64,000 nt of DNA from Calcarisporiella thermophila CBS 279.70 (taxonomy: Eukaryota > Fungi > Calcarisporiellomycota). Of the stretch, positions 36,591-50,082 are shown one piece after another. A model generated the notes under the pieces. That model searched no databases, was not told the origin of the DNA, and worked only from the letters and a program-made list of their open reading frames with translations. Every line of letters begins with the position of its first letter. The stretch's first letter is position 1. The stretch lies in contig NW_027192201.1 in assembly GCF_041956535.1 (NCBI RefSeq), positions 796,206-860,205 on the forward strand. Reading direction: 5' to 3'. The position numbers were made by a program, and so were the translations under genes.

Positions 36591-36610
36591 ATATATATAT
36601 ATATATATAT
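36591..36610. repeat. (AT)10 microsatellite between the convergent kinase genes
   Basis: atatatatatatatatatat. Confidence 0.9.
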
Positions 36611-36736
36611 GTATAAAAATATGTGAAATATCGTAAGACTAGAGAAGAAATTAATAAGTTAAACAATCGATATATCATTTTGGAGACAGTCATTAGTTCT
36701 AGTGGAGAGATAAGGCTAAAGAGGCGCATGGTCACG

Positions 36737-38470
36737 TCAAATATCGACTGGAATATATCCCCCATTTAATGACATTACTTTTACAACACGTCGATGGACT
36801 TCCGCCTGGAATGGTTCGAAAGGCATTGACTCTCCATCAATAGATAAGTAACCCTTTGTGGAGCCTTTGGGTAATTTGGGGGTAAGTCTAAACGCCTTCA
36901 CTTTATAGTATTTTACAGCGCGCGACTCCACATGGGCTCCCTTCGACAGTTTATCAAAGATGCCGAGGACATTTAGAGTCGAATCGGGCTCAAGGATCAC
37001 CATATCCAGAAGCCCATCATCGGGCAGCGCATAAGGATGGCTGAGCATTCCACGGCCGAGGAGCGGACACTTGGCGCCCAGAACATTGATGAGATCTCCG
37101 TTGATGCGGTGCCAGTTTTCCGGTACCGGTGAATCTATATCACCATATTTATCCTTCAAAAATGACTCTTCCTCGGTATCGATTCCGTTGACATCATTCT
37201 TTTCTTTGTGCAAACGGTAGTGCTCTTTGACTGCGGAAAGTTCTGCATGTTCCACGAGCATTGATAGCTCGCATGGGTATCGTTTCTTGCGCATGATATA
37301 ATACAGTGCACCGACCGTAAAGCGGGTATCACCCATCCATTTCAAATGTTTGTCCGTTCCAAGATCGGCGTCACCGGCGATGCCAAAATTTTGTGAAAGG
37401 AAGGAGAAATATCTCTCTTTTCCTTGAGTAATGGAGCAGATATCAATTGAAAGAGGAGTTCCTGGAGAATTAGTTTAGTAAATAGCATGAGATTGAGGTT
37501 AGACAAGATCAAGGGAATAAAATAAAACCTTTAATTGCAGCAAGAGTACTATTTACTGGGCTGAACCCCTGCTTCTCTCCATGCATAGAAATGCTCAATG
37601 CATTGCCGCTACCTAGAAAAGAGTTTGGTCCAGGTGAGAGCCTAGTTTTAGTTGTCTTCAGGGTAAGAAGAGAGGATACCTGTAGGAATTACACACAAGG
37701 GCAGCTTTGATGCGGAGAATGCGTCTTCACGTTTTAAAAGCCCGTTAATCACTTCAAATAAAAGCCCGTCGCCGCCCACTGAAATTACAGCATCATAGTC
37801 TTGAATATTGAGATTGCGCGTGAGTTCTTCTGCATGGCCTCTGTGTTCCGTTACTAGTTAAGTACACAAAAATCAGCAATGAAACAATGTTTCATTGAGA
37901 ATGTCCTATGTAGCTCATTACCCTGAACATGATATGAACATCTGGCTGCATTTAACACAGGAAGAACATATTTATCCAAAGCCCGCCTGCTGGTTCCTTT
38001 GCCTGAGTATGGGTTCAACAAAATATAGAAATTCTTTTGCGGCTTTAATCCTAAATTGAACCGTGAGAGGACCCTATTCCAAGTCTTCAAATACAGACGA
38101 TTAGTTTACCTTCATACGCAACTGACATAACCTTTTCAGCCCAAATATTTGCGTCTGCTTCGTCGTTGACTTCGTAGTACATAACTTGGAGGCGAGCGAC
38201 CCCTGTTTTCGGATTCGGGACGAGCATCGAGATTTCCAGCGTTATTTGTTCCATTTTTTTAATTGATGCCCATAGTATGTTTTGAAGCGAGATGGGAACT
38301 AAGGGAAACGCACGTCAAAGGATAAGGATTAAATATAATATATTATATTATAATATCTTGCATGCTAACAGTGATATTAAAATTTTACCTTTGATCCCCG
38401 GCAAGATGAGATTCGAACCATCAAACTTGATTAAGACTTCGTATCTATTATAAATGACAGGTAATTCCAT
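36737..38470 (-). CDS. Sphingoid long-chain base kinase (LCB4/LCB5/SPHK family); about 6 exons
   Basis: ILLNPYSGKG, TEHRGHAEE, SVGGDGLLFEVINGL, IPT|GSGNALS, KWMGDTRFTVG, DDGLLD, SIDGE. Confidence 0.92.
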
Positions 38471-40697
38471 GGTAGTTTTGGGAATCGTTAGATAAGAGGG
38501 ATTAAGGAGTGAAAAATGGGGTTGATGAAAAAAAAAAATAAGAAACTTCGTAAATATAGTGTATCAGATAGTGTCTTAATATCAATTCTTACATTACTCC
38601 ATTCTTTTTCACATTCACAAAATTGAACTAAGCCTCTCAGATATGCACTCCAACCTAAATATTCACACCGTTCTCATTTTATATACTTCCTAGGTGTATG
38701 GGAAAGTTCCTGTTGCAATTGAGAAGAGAAGAATGGCAATTTGGAACAATGTAGCTGTAAAGTAATTGAATTGGGCGGCGAGAAGCATAGATTATGTACT
38801 ATTTTATTTTTTTTTTGGTAGAATAGATCGAAATTTTAGTGTTATGCTGGCAAAGTTTGACGAACACATACGCAACTTTTCTGTTCTTTTATTATGGTTA
38901 TCTATTGTTGTGGTTAACAAACATTAATGAGTTTGAAAGGCGAGCTATATTCAATGCCGTAGGAGTTTGTATTAGCTCAACATAATTTTGAATATACATT
39001 GATAACTTAAACAGTCTTTATTATATATATTGCTTAGTGTCATCTGTTACTTGGCTGCTAAGTAAAATTTGATAGACGAAAGGCAGTGTGTACATATAAT
39101 AAAATTTTTTCCGGAAGTATTCAGTTTGCAACCGTTTAAAGAATAAACGATCGAGCCAACTAGTTAATTCAAGCGTACTATTTGAGCAAAACCTTGTTAC
39201 GTTTTTCGCTATTTCTATTCGTTTTTTATATCGGGTATATATGATTTTCGTTTTACACCAACAGTTCTGTGCACTAAATTGAACCATTATAATTGGATCA
39301 ACGAAATAGAGAAAAAGCATTACTTATCATCAATTTTGAAGTTAGTCAGAAGAGTCCAACGTTTAAGGTGTCTAATAATCTTTATTATGTAAACATACTT
39401 CGTCAACCTGCTATCTGATCTCGCGTGCGGGTTCAACAGTAGTATGAGCATATATAATATTCTCGGATGAAATAGTTCGAGGAGTAGGATTTATAATGAA
39501 GAATGCTATTGTTTTATATCTCATATCTTGAATTATAAGCCAAATGCACACAGTATCCAAGTAACCATATTTTTATTTTTTGTATAAACTGCGAGTATTT
39601 TGACTATATGGAGGGAGATGAGCCGAATTACATATATACACTTACTTTGTCAAAAAGTAGAGTACTTAGTGATGGTACTGGCATCACCGCCAAATGAAAG
39701 CATAGGGATTATCGGACCGAAAAGAGATTCAAAGGCTTGGTATGTAGGTTTGTGATTAATAGGGAGACAAAATCTATTGATATTTGGATTATTCTCCATG
39801 AAATTGCATTTTTATACTGCGGAGATTTGGTGAACCTAATATTATTGTCTGCTTATTGATTGATGCATATAGCTCGTCGCAAAGCCTTGTCAATTAAACG
39901 GAAGTGCAAGGACAATGCGAGAGAGGTGTACAAAGCGTGGATTGCTATTGATGCTGCATACTAATTATTGTTGTACTTGGCTGGTCTTTTTTTTTTTCGC
40001 TATTTCTTTCTTCCAATTTATTTTTTTCGGTTAATGAATTAATCAAGAAATTGAAGTTGGTTGGACTGTTAAAGTTCGAGGAGGAAAAGAATCCGAGGAA
40101 AAAAAGGGGGCGCAGCACACGTGTCGACTTTATCTGAACAAAATTTCATTGTTCGCTTCAGTTGAGAGTTCAGACAGCGTCGGTCAAACCGGGCAACACT
40201 ATTGCTCTCGATTCAGTTAGTAATGGCTAGAGTATTTGACTACGAACCACTGTTATAAATATAATCAAGGTAGGCTTAATGAATATATCCAGCTGGGAGT
40301 TAAGCCTGAATTCTACACCCTTACACGAGCTAAATAAATCTCTTTCTCGTAATGGAATTTCATCATCTTTACTGATACTTATTGCTTGCTCCTTAGATCT
40401 CGACATAATTTTCAGTCTACATCTTCTTGTTTATCTCCCACCTTCTAAATCAAACAAATCGGTAATTATCCCCAACTTTTTCTATGCTAATGTCTCCAAT
40501 TGCTAATCTGATCTCTAGAGCTCTTTTATTTTTCATCTTGATTTCTCTCTTTTCATACATTCTTTTCTGTTTAACATTGTGAGAGCGAGATAAAGGGATT
40601 TATCCCAGATCTTAAGGAGATCTTACCCTTACTATTGCCTCCTTGATCAATACCTCTTCCGTTTTCATCTCTATTCTCTTCGGAATAGTTCTCAAAG

Positions 40698-43600
40698 ATG
40701 AACGCGGAGGCTAAACTTATTAATTCCTTCGTAAATCGAATACGAGTAAATCGACTTTTATTTTCACTACTAATTTTGTAATGCCTAAGCGATTTTTTTT
40801 GGATATTAGGTCCCGATCAATGAGGGGAGGAGCTTGGAGGCACTCGAAAATGATCGGTCATTTCAGCAAACTCTCTCAGCCTTGGTGGATGTTGCACAAT
40901 ACAGACTACCTCAAGTAGCTAAGAATTTGGTTGCTATGCTCGAGAATATTTCACAAGTAATGTCTTGTAGCTCATTTCATTCGACTGCATATATTAACAC
41001 TGGTATTCTTATTTTAGCACACTGTCCCAGTGTCTAGTGAAGAAGTCGTTGCCCCTGAGGTTTTACAATCACAATATATCATTCTCAATATACTATCTGT
41101 ATGCATGGGTCATCACTGGAGATGGTATCGTGAAAGCACTGCCCATGTTTCTGAAGCACCAGAGCAACAAGCTAATATACCACAACGACGACTCGAGGAT
41201 CCGCCAGCACTTGAAGAATCGCTTGTTAAGTCCATAATAAACGTCATTCTTCGGGTCATCAACCAGACTACAATTAGCGAGGAGGTACAAAACTCATACA
41301 TCTCAATTGGCAGCCCATTCGTTTCATTTACTTCAATGAGTGAGCGAAATCAAACGCCCGCCAAACACTTTTATGCTCCGTTGTGCGGCGACATTCATAC
41401 CGGCATCCATCGATCTGCAAGTAGCATCCTGTTCTACTTGAGCGCTAGCAATTGGGGAGTTGTCTTTGCGAAAATCAAGTCAAAAATTAAGCATCTCTCA
41501 TCCACCACTGACGAGTGGCCTGACACATCAGAGCTCAAACTACTCGAGTACGCATGTTTGGATCAGAAACGTTTGAGTGCTGTACTACAAGGTAATTTAC
41601 TAATTAATGGCCGGGCCAATTTTATGCTCGCAATTTTCTAAGAAATTATGATTTATAGAGTTAAGTTCTACCTTTCTTCACCTTAAACGTCCTGCTCAAC
41701 CAAACATGGGATTGGTTCTGCGCAAGTCAATCTGGAATTGGATTGAAGTTTACCCTGCCGAATTCGCCGCCCTTTATCAATCCCAGCAGCGACTTGACGG
41801 CCGCCCAGAAGTCCTATTTGATATATCCAATTCGCTTGCAGACAATAATCGGCGTAAAGGCGTTTTCTGGCCTCTGCAGACGACACTACTATTGCTTTGC
41901 CCTGATATACTTGCCTCGGCTGTAATGAACGTTGGAACTTCCGGTCGGAATAAAAAAGTGCAATTCTTGGAGGCGCTGAAAAAGAGCATGCGAAGCTCAC
42001 GTTTAGGAGATGTTGCATCGGTGTGCTATGTGAGCATTTGTAAGGCGAGCACATACGTAAACCAATCGGAGAGATCTATATTAAGGCACATAGTTTCGGA
42101 TGTGGAGAATGATCTCAGGGTATGCTATTTCCTGGAGGATTTTACTGAAATTTACTGGTAATAATACATTGCGATGTTTATTTAGGAAAAGTTACTTGAT
42201 CCACAGCGAGTTCAAGCGAATTCCGATAATTTCGTCGACCAATCGCTGATGATTGACTGTCTTACCTCGCTATATCTTCTCAATCCACGAACTGCTCTGC
42301 GCTCATTCGTTTCTTATTGTATGCTTGATTCGGCACCCATTGTATTTAAGCTGGTGCTTTCCAAAACATGTCTTGCACTCTCAGATGAACAGCAGCGTCT
42401 TCCATGGAACCCTTCTCTGAGTCAAGCGTACTCCACACTGGCGAGCCCAATCCGTAAACTCTTCCAAGAAGGATTGAACCGGGACCGGGCAATGCAGGAC
42501 ATCTCTCTCACAAAAAAGATTGTGACGAGTGACAAAAAACAGCGCAAAATGCTACTTGAGGAAGCAGGCGAGAAACTGGATCTTCTGCTCACCATTTTCA
42601 AATTATACCTTGTAGCCCCCCAACTTGCACTATGGGCTGAAAATAGTGAGCACTATGAAGAATTACGCCGCCTAACACATGGAATTAGCCTTTGCTTGCA
42701 TGATCCAGTTACTGCTGTGCGTACAAGTGCGGCTGAATTGCTCTTGCAATTGCATTCACCTGCATATATCGACAAATGGGGATCAGAAGATGCAAAAATG
42801 TCTTCCTTTTGGACAATAAGCAGCCAAGTGCTCTTAGCAGTCGCACGTAAAATCCTTGATTATAAAGAACGTGAAGAGGGTACCAAACACACCCTTGAAC
42901 TTTTGTTAAAGTTGCTTGTGCGTCGTAACGAGTTCCTCAAGTCGTGTCGCGAGCAGGCATCTCATTGTGCAGATATTCCGGAGCGACTCGCATCTACTGT
43001 GGCCCTCGAGATTGCGCTACTTGTATTGCTTTGTAGCCCCGATAATCAGATATGTTCGATGACTCTTTCCTGCTTTGGGCATTTGTGTACAGAAGCAAGT
43101 TTGACAGAGGAGCTGGATGACACACAGCGATCGCAGTTGACCATTGTTGAAAATTTCAATGTGTATTCGGAACTGGCGCGTGTCGGTGGACCCGTTACTG
43201 GACGCAGAGCATTACAAAAGAAAATTAGACGCCTATTGCGGCAAATGACGAGGCCTACACCGGGCAATTTGGCGGCTTGGGAAGAAGCATGGAAGCGGTG
43301 GAGGGTACTTACTCAGTCGCTTGTGCGTTCACTTGATGATATCAAAGAAGAGGGTCTCGAGTCACCGTCAAGCAGCACCCCGAAGAAGCCGGCATTTTAT
43401 GAGAAGTTACGTGGTCAAACAATACCTCGTTACCCATCTTCGTCGGGATTACCTTCTCGCGACGCGATTGACGAAGACAAAGCATCTGAATGGCAAAACT
43501 ATACTGGTTTTCTTGCGGCGCTCAGTGAATGCTGCGTTGCAGTCGCAAATCCCCCCTCCCCTCGCACATCCAACTATGATGGAAGACGCCTGGGCGGGTC

Positions 43601-46600
43601 GCCACATGATAGCGGTCAGATGGTAGAGAAGTTTGTGCAAGAAATGGTAGATCTACTGGTATCCGACAATGTCTTTGTAAGGGAGGTTTCGAAGGAGACG
43701 CTTGGGTCGGATCTTCCTCCTGCACTCTATAATCTACTGTTTGGGTATTTTGAAAGTGCAATCTCCGTCTTTTTTGATCCGGATTCGGAGGCTGTACACT
43801 CGGAACGTTCGACTCTGTTCGTTGATCAAGCAATCTCGGTCATGAAACTGATCCTTGATCAATTGCGTGATCCTGCCGAGCATGTGTTTATCGTGGATGT
43901 CGGTTCCCTTGTGCTCAATTTTGCACGTTATTTGCATCGCTTGAGTCACTCGCAACCCACCGTGATTCGTACGAAAATCAAGATGTGCCAGCTCTGTGAA
44001 ATGCTCATTTTGAAGAAAGAGTGTGTCACCTTGAATCAGGAAGTGACGCTGCGGAACCGCCTACTCGAGATCGTTGTTGAGTGGACGAGTGACTTTTCTA
44101 AATCAGATGGACAGCCGAATGTTCAAGAGGTTTTGCAGCAGGAACGGCTATACCGCGACTTGGACCTTGCCTGTTTAAAAGCCATCGTAGTATTATTACA
44201 GAAGCTTCCGCTCATCCCAACCAACAATGAAGGGGAATCCGACAACTCCCAAGCCAAGAGCAAACTGTTCTACAAATATTTCAGCCTTTTCGTGAAGCTG
44301 CTTAATCGATGCCGCCTTGAGTCGATTGACACAACCACGTCACAAAATGCTCGCAATAACCAAGATCTGCAGATGCTTCTTTCAAAGTCCAAGGAGTATG
44401 TACGCGACCTTGCCCCCCTTAAAGAGCAAACTATTCTCGCACTTTCCAACCTCCTGAGCGCGAATGTAGACGCTGGGTTGAAATACACCCTGCTCAAAGG
44501 CTACCACGAAGACACCAGAACACGCACCGCCTTTATGCAGGTGTTGACCAATATGCTTAATTTGGGAACAGGATTCGATGCGCTTGCAATGAATTTTGTG
44601 AGCAGCCGAGCAGAAAAGTACGAGAAGCTGATTGATGTACGTATACACCCTAGTGATATGTCACGATTGCTTAGTTAATATCACTTCAACTTTTGTCTGT
44701 TTTTAGATTATTGTGGGATCAGATCTGAAAATTGCTCTTACCTTATGCAATGTATGCCCGGTATCCGAGATCGATACTCTTGCACTTCTTTTGCTCAAGG
44801 TTTTTAATTCTCGCAAACAAACAATGCTTTTGCTCAAGACAGTCATCGAGCGCGAAGTAGCGAACACCGAGTCAGAATCCGAGCTCTTCCGACGAAATAG
44901 CATGGCAACACGAATGCTTTCCGCTTTCGCGCGCTTGTACGGCACAGACTATATGCGAACAACACTGCAACCTATATTACAAGAGCTTTATACGCATCCT
45001 GAACAATATTCGTTCGAACTGGATCCCGCTAAGGTGCCCAATCCTGAGGACATTAACCGCAACGTGGCGAACCTGAAACGCACAACCCAGCAGTTTTTGG
45101 ATGTCATTTGTACCACAACAAATAGGGTGCCGAGATCTTTCCGCGAAGTTTGCTCTTACCTCGCTACTGCAGTCGGAGAGCGCTTCCCCGAGGCGAAATA
45201 TACCGCTGTTGGCGGATTTATCTTTCTGCGATTTTTCTGTCCCGCAATTGTGGCGCCTGAGGTGGAGCAGCTAGTTAAACCGCCCTCTGTGAGCAAAGAG
45301 TTCAGACGCGGTTTGACGCTTATTACAAAGGTTATTCAAAATCTTGCGAATAATGTCTTGTTTGGGGCAAAAGAACCCTATATGACGGTGCTCAATGATT
45401 TTCTGTCAAATAATATCTATCGGGTTACCGCATTCCTTCGCGACATCTCTGTCAGCCCCGCCGTCAACGAGGAGTTCAAAACTGAAACCCCCGAGCCTTG
45501 TAGGCTGGAAGAGTCGGATCAGATTCGTTTGCATTGGTTCCTACTTGACAATCTCGAGAAGATTGGCCGAGAGATATCTGGCAATACCCGCATGGGGCGT
45601 CTGCAAGCTGTGTCGAACTCCCGACCGACTAGCATGTCGTCTACTAGCGATATCTCACAGCCACCGACTACTTCGCGTGAAGCATTCGATCGTCTCGCAG
45701 CCTTGCTCTCCGAAATCGGCGGCCCGACGGAAGCGCCAAAGAAAGAAGCCTTTCCTCAGCGCACATTCGGTTTTTCATCCAAAAATCACCTGTATCAAGA
45801 TTTCATGCGCCGCAATGCAAACCGGAATATAGATGAGATCACAAAAAAGGGTGTATTTTACCTCGGGGGAGTATCACGCGAGAGGAGACCGGTGTTTGTT
45901 TACGTTGCCCGACGCGTAAATGCCGACTCATTTGATTTTGAAGGCATGATCTACTACATCTTCAAGGTCGTCGGCCACCATATGGAGAAGCCCTTTGATA
46001 TCCTCATTGACTGCACCTGTACAAGCGAGACCAATGCCGTGCCACACCAATGGCTTAATCAGCTCTTTCAATACATGCATTTTTCAACTATTACGAACAT
46101 AGGCAAAATTTACTTCTTTGGAATCAATACGAATTTCAAAAAGTTCCTACAACGCCGGCTTCCGCGCTCAATTCCCATTTTGACGTCACGTAAGGTTGTA
46201 TTCGCGGCGAACCTGCGTGAATTGTATGAGCATATCCCACCATCGGAGGTGCATTTACCCAAATCTACCCAGCTCATGGACAGCGAGCCTGCAGTGACCT
46301 TCTCGCCCGCCAATAAAATACTTTCCCGCTCAAGTTCCCCTGTTATTATTAAGGTTGGAACTGAGTGGGTCCATATCATATCTGCTCGCAAGGAGGAGAT
46401 ATTCCTTGGGCTAAGCGCAGTAGTTAACGATGTGTTCCATGTGTCACAAATCGTGGATGCGGCACCCACGCCCGGCGCTTCCGATGAGAATGAGTTCTAT
46501 ATCAAGTATCATATTGAGTCGGAACCTCGTGGGGTATATGCTCTGTCCAGCCCTAAGCGGCCGGTCATTGTGCAAGCCATTCGATCCGCCAAAGCTCGGT

Positions 46601-49224
46601 ATCAATTATCTCAACCCAACGAGATTAGTGAACGCCATATCCGTCCCGATGACGTACCCGGCACTCTGCTGAACATGGCACTGCTTAATCTCGGAAGCGA
46701 GGATCCGTCCCTAAGGCTAGCGGCCTATGATCTTTTGCATGCTTTGGTGCTTGCTTTTGATTTCGAGGGTATCGACATGCTATTGAGCGTAAAGGGCTTA
46801 TGCATCCCCGCGAACAGCACGAATTTTGTGGTGTCCGTGAGCGAACGACTTGCGGCAACACAGCCGCAACTGACGCTTGAATTTCTGAATGAATGCTTTG
46901 TTGGACTTTCCAAATCGAGCACCCGGCAACAGCACCTATGCCTCGAATACATGAGCTCCTGGCTACCTAACCTTGCCTCGTTCGCGCGCCCTAAAATAGC
47001 ATCGCCAGCGGGAGATGGAGGCATGCATGTAGTGAGCAATCAGCACAATGTGGTCAAAGTGCGTGAGATAATTCGCTCCCTCATCGAGCTCACTGTGAGC
47101 CAATCCGAGATATACGCACAGATGCAGGCAAAAGTGTGGAGTGTGTTGGGCAAGGTTGAGGAGCTGATCCCTCTCGTCCTCGACACACTTGTACAATACG
47201 CGGCTGATCATGGAGTCGGGTCCAACGTTGCTGAAGCTGTGGCGGATACAATGGTCAGCTTATCCTCAACTGCGGTGCGTGGCAAGGTAATGGCCAAATT
47301 ACGCAAGTGCTTACTTAGCACTTGCCTGAAACCTACACGCACTTTGTCTGAGCACCCACTTTGGCAAGAGATCGCTGTATTGATCCGCATGAATTTGCTG
47401 CTCTCATTCAATTGCCGTCATCATGTGCAGCATTTCCTTCCCGAGTTATGCTATATTGTCTCGATACTTGTCGCAACGGGCCCTTCAGTGGTGCGTTCGT
47501 CTATTCATGGGCTCGTTGTCAACGTGATCCAAACTCTGTGCGTTTCAATGCCCCTTGAACAAGAGCAGTTAAAGCGGCTGCACGTTCTACTTGCCGAATT
47601 TGCGAAGCCCAAGTTCCGTCTGCTCTTCGGACTGAATCGCTCCGCTCCAAATGCCCTTGTCATCTCACAAGAATCGACAAACGAGGTTGCGGAGACAATG
47701 GCGCTTGGTTCACTGGAGAGCATCGTAGATGCCCTCCTGCAGGTGATTAGCGCGGGTGCTCCTTCGATTGACATGGCCAACGCATGGCGAGCTCGATGGC
47801 TGGGTCTTGTCACAAGTTCTGCCTTTCAATTCAATCCTGCAATTCAGCCTCGCACGTTTGTTGTACTCGGGTGCTTGGCCAAAGAAGATGTCGACGACGA
47901 CCTCCTATACCAAATCCTTGTGACGCTTCGCGGCGGATTGGCCATGTTCAACGAGACCGATTGCAATCTCGTGATTAGCATTGTCATGTGCCTGACAAAT
48001 GTTGTGCCAAATTTGCAAAAGGATTCGCGCTACTTACACCATCTATTTTGGCTCGCAATGTCACTCGTGGAAGTGGGCCATGTGCCCATTTTCACGAGCG
48101 CGCTCAACCTGTTGCAAGTCGTGTTGCGAACACTTGATGGCCATGGTTTGTTCGCAAAGGATGGTCCCACGGAGATGTTGCTGCGCTTGCGCGAGCCCGT
48201 CTCTGATATTGCACAGGAAATCGACGCAACAAATGGAATCAGCTTTTCAACGCATTTCTCATTTGCAGTTGCAGCAACGCTACTAAAAGGACTTAAACAT
48301 CCGACCACAAAGGTGGCGACGCAGGCGTTACTGACAACATTTGTGGAGTTGGAAGGCAAGGCCGCCTCGTCCGAGCACGAGCTCATTAGTTCCCGTACTC
48401 TTGGTTATCTTGCAGCTTTGCTTCCCACGGCTGCAAAGAATCTTGAGTTACGTGAGCTTTTGACACGGGTGAATTTCCCGGACGTTGAAGTGGATTACAA
48501 TTCAATCACGCCCATCTGCGCACTTGTGTTTGATCGCCTGGATATACCAGACAATAGCACCGCACTTTTGCTCGTGTCACTTCTGGTTACTATGTTGAAT
48601 AATGCGGAAAACGAGGCCGAGCGACTCTTTTTGTATGGCATGTTGGCGGAGTCAGCAGTTGCTATTCCCGAGGTGTTCTCGCTAGTGTATGCATATATAT
48701 TCCAACAGAGGAGTGCTGTTCTTTCATCTCTAACCTATTTTATTTCCAATAGCTACGGATCGTTGCTTATGAAAATGAACCACATCATTAATAGCAACGA
48801 GGTGCTTCCCATTCAGGAGGCTGTTAAGTCCATTCTCTGCACGGTTGTTTCCGACCCAGTTACCTTTGGAGGCGTCGCATCCAGCACTTCAACAGGTCGT
48901 CCAGCCACCCCTGGCCTTGCTGAAGCTGCGAACACCTCGAGCTCCACCTCCCTCCCTTCCAATAAAGTGCAGGGCTCAAGTGAGAGCGCAATACAGAGTA
49001 GCTCGAGACCCGGCAGTGCATCAAGCATACAGGATGCAAGTATCCGCAATAGCAATAGCTTGAGCTCAGTATCAACGAGAACAAAAGCCACGCAACTTGC
49101 TTACCTGCAGGAGCTTGGCTTCCAAGGCATCCTTGACTGTGGGTCCTTCTCGAACGTAACCAAGGCTCAAATTATTCGCAATGCTCAGCTAACAGACGCA
49201 TTGATTGAGAAGATGATTGCGTAA
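40698..49224 (+). CDS. NF1: Neurofibromin/Ira-type Ras GTPase-activating protein (RasGAP, Sec14-PH, HEAT-like regions)
   Basis: LSASNW, WPLQ, EWQNYTGFLAAL, NLLSANVDAGLK, arginine finger LFRRNS, FLRFFCPAIVAP, KVIQNLANN, IRPDDVPGTLLNMALLNL, NPAIQPR; about six introns. Confidence 0.96.
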
Positions 49225-50082
49225 AATGCATAATCGCTTTTAATTATTAATTTATTAATTCTTCTTTCCTTTTTTTTGATTTTGTACAATAATTTTTTTA
49301 TCTTTGCTTTTCTATCCCCTTTCTTTTTAAATATAGATTTCTATTTTTCTTTTTACTTTCCACCTCGCTTTTGACGGTTATAACTATGTCACATATCCCC
49401 TCTTTTATTTTTCTTTTCTTTTTTTGCTAGAGCTTTCTGTCTTGGTTGTTTTACTTTCTATCCTTTTTTGTCTGCGTGAGGACATTGTCACTTAATCCTA
49501 ATTGCTCTTCTTCTGTTGCTTAACGTTTTCTGTACTAACTGATGTGTGGGTTTGGAATTTAGCATTTTATTTTATATTTTTGATAATAAATGACATATTA
49601 TTTGCTTTTCAGTCACTTCAAATAACATATACTATTCCATTTCATCCATGCAAAGTTATGTTGCTTTATTTGTTCAATTCGAAAGAGGAGAAAAAAAATT
49701 ATCTTGGTCCCGCTTCACGTTAACCGAATAGATAATAACTACCGAAAATGTGGCTTTGCCTTTTTCTTTGTCTTAGAAGATTCTGCTCCGCTCAACCATG
49801 AAACCCAAATTCTCCCTACTCCGTTCTCTTTTTTTTTCCGGAATTCAAAACTGATATTCTAAGACATTTGAGCGACTTTTCGGTATTATTATAAGAGCTT
49901 GACTAGAAGTTATTTATTTATTTTCTTTACGATACCCCGACACTAAATAGTAAGCGATTACATTTTATATATATAAACTTTTTTTTTCCTTGTGCATCAA
50001 AAGTAGTCATAATTTTAATACCTTACATCGTTTTCTCTGGATCTTTTGTACTTGTCGCATTTTCTTCTCTTTTTCTTCTTGG

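Noticed and set aside
38480-40690. 2.2-kb AT-rich gap with short ORFs, considered as a hidden gene or transposon
   Set aside because: No protein motifs, terminal repeats or consistent exon chain seen; most likely the divergent promoter and long NF1 leader.
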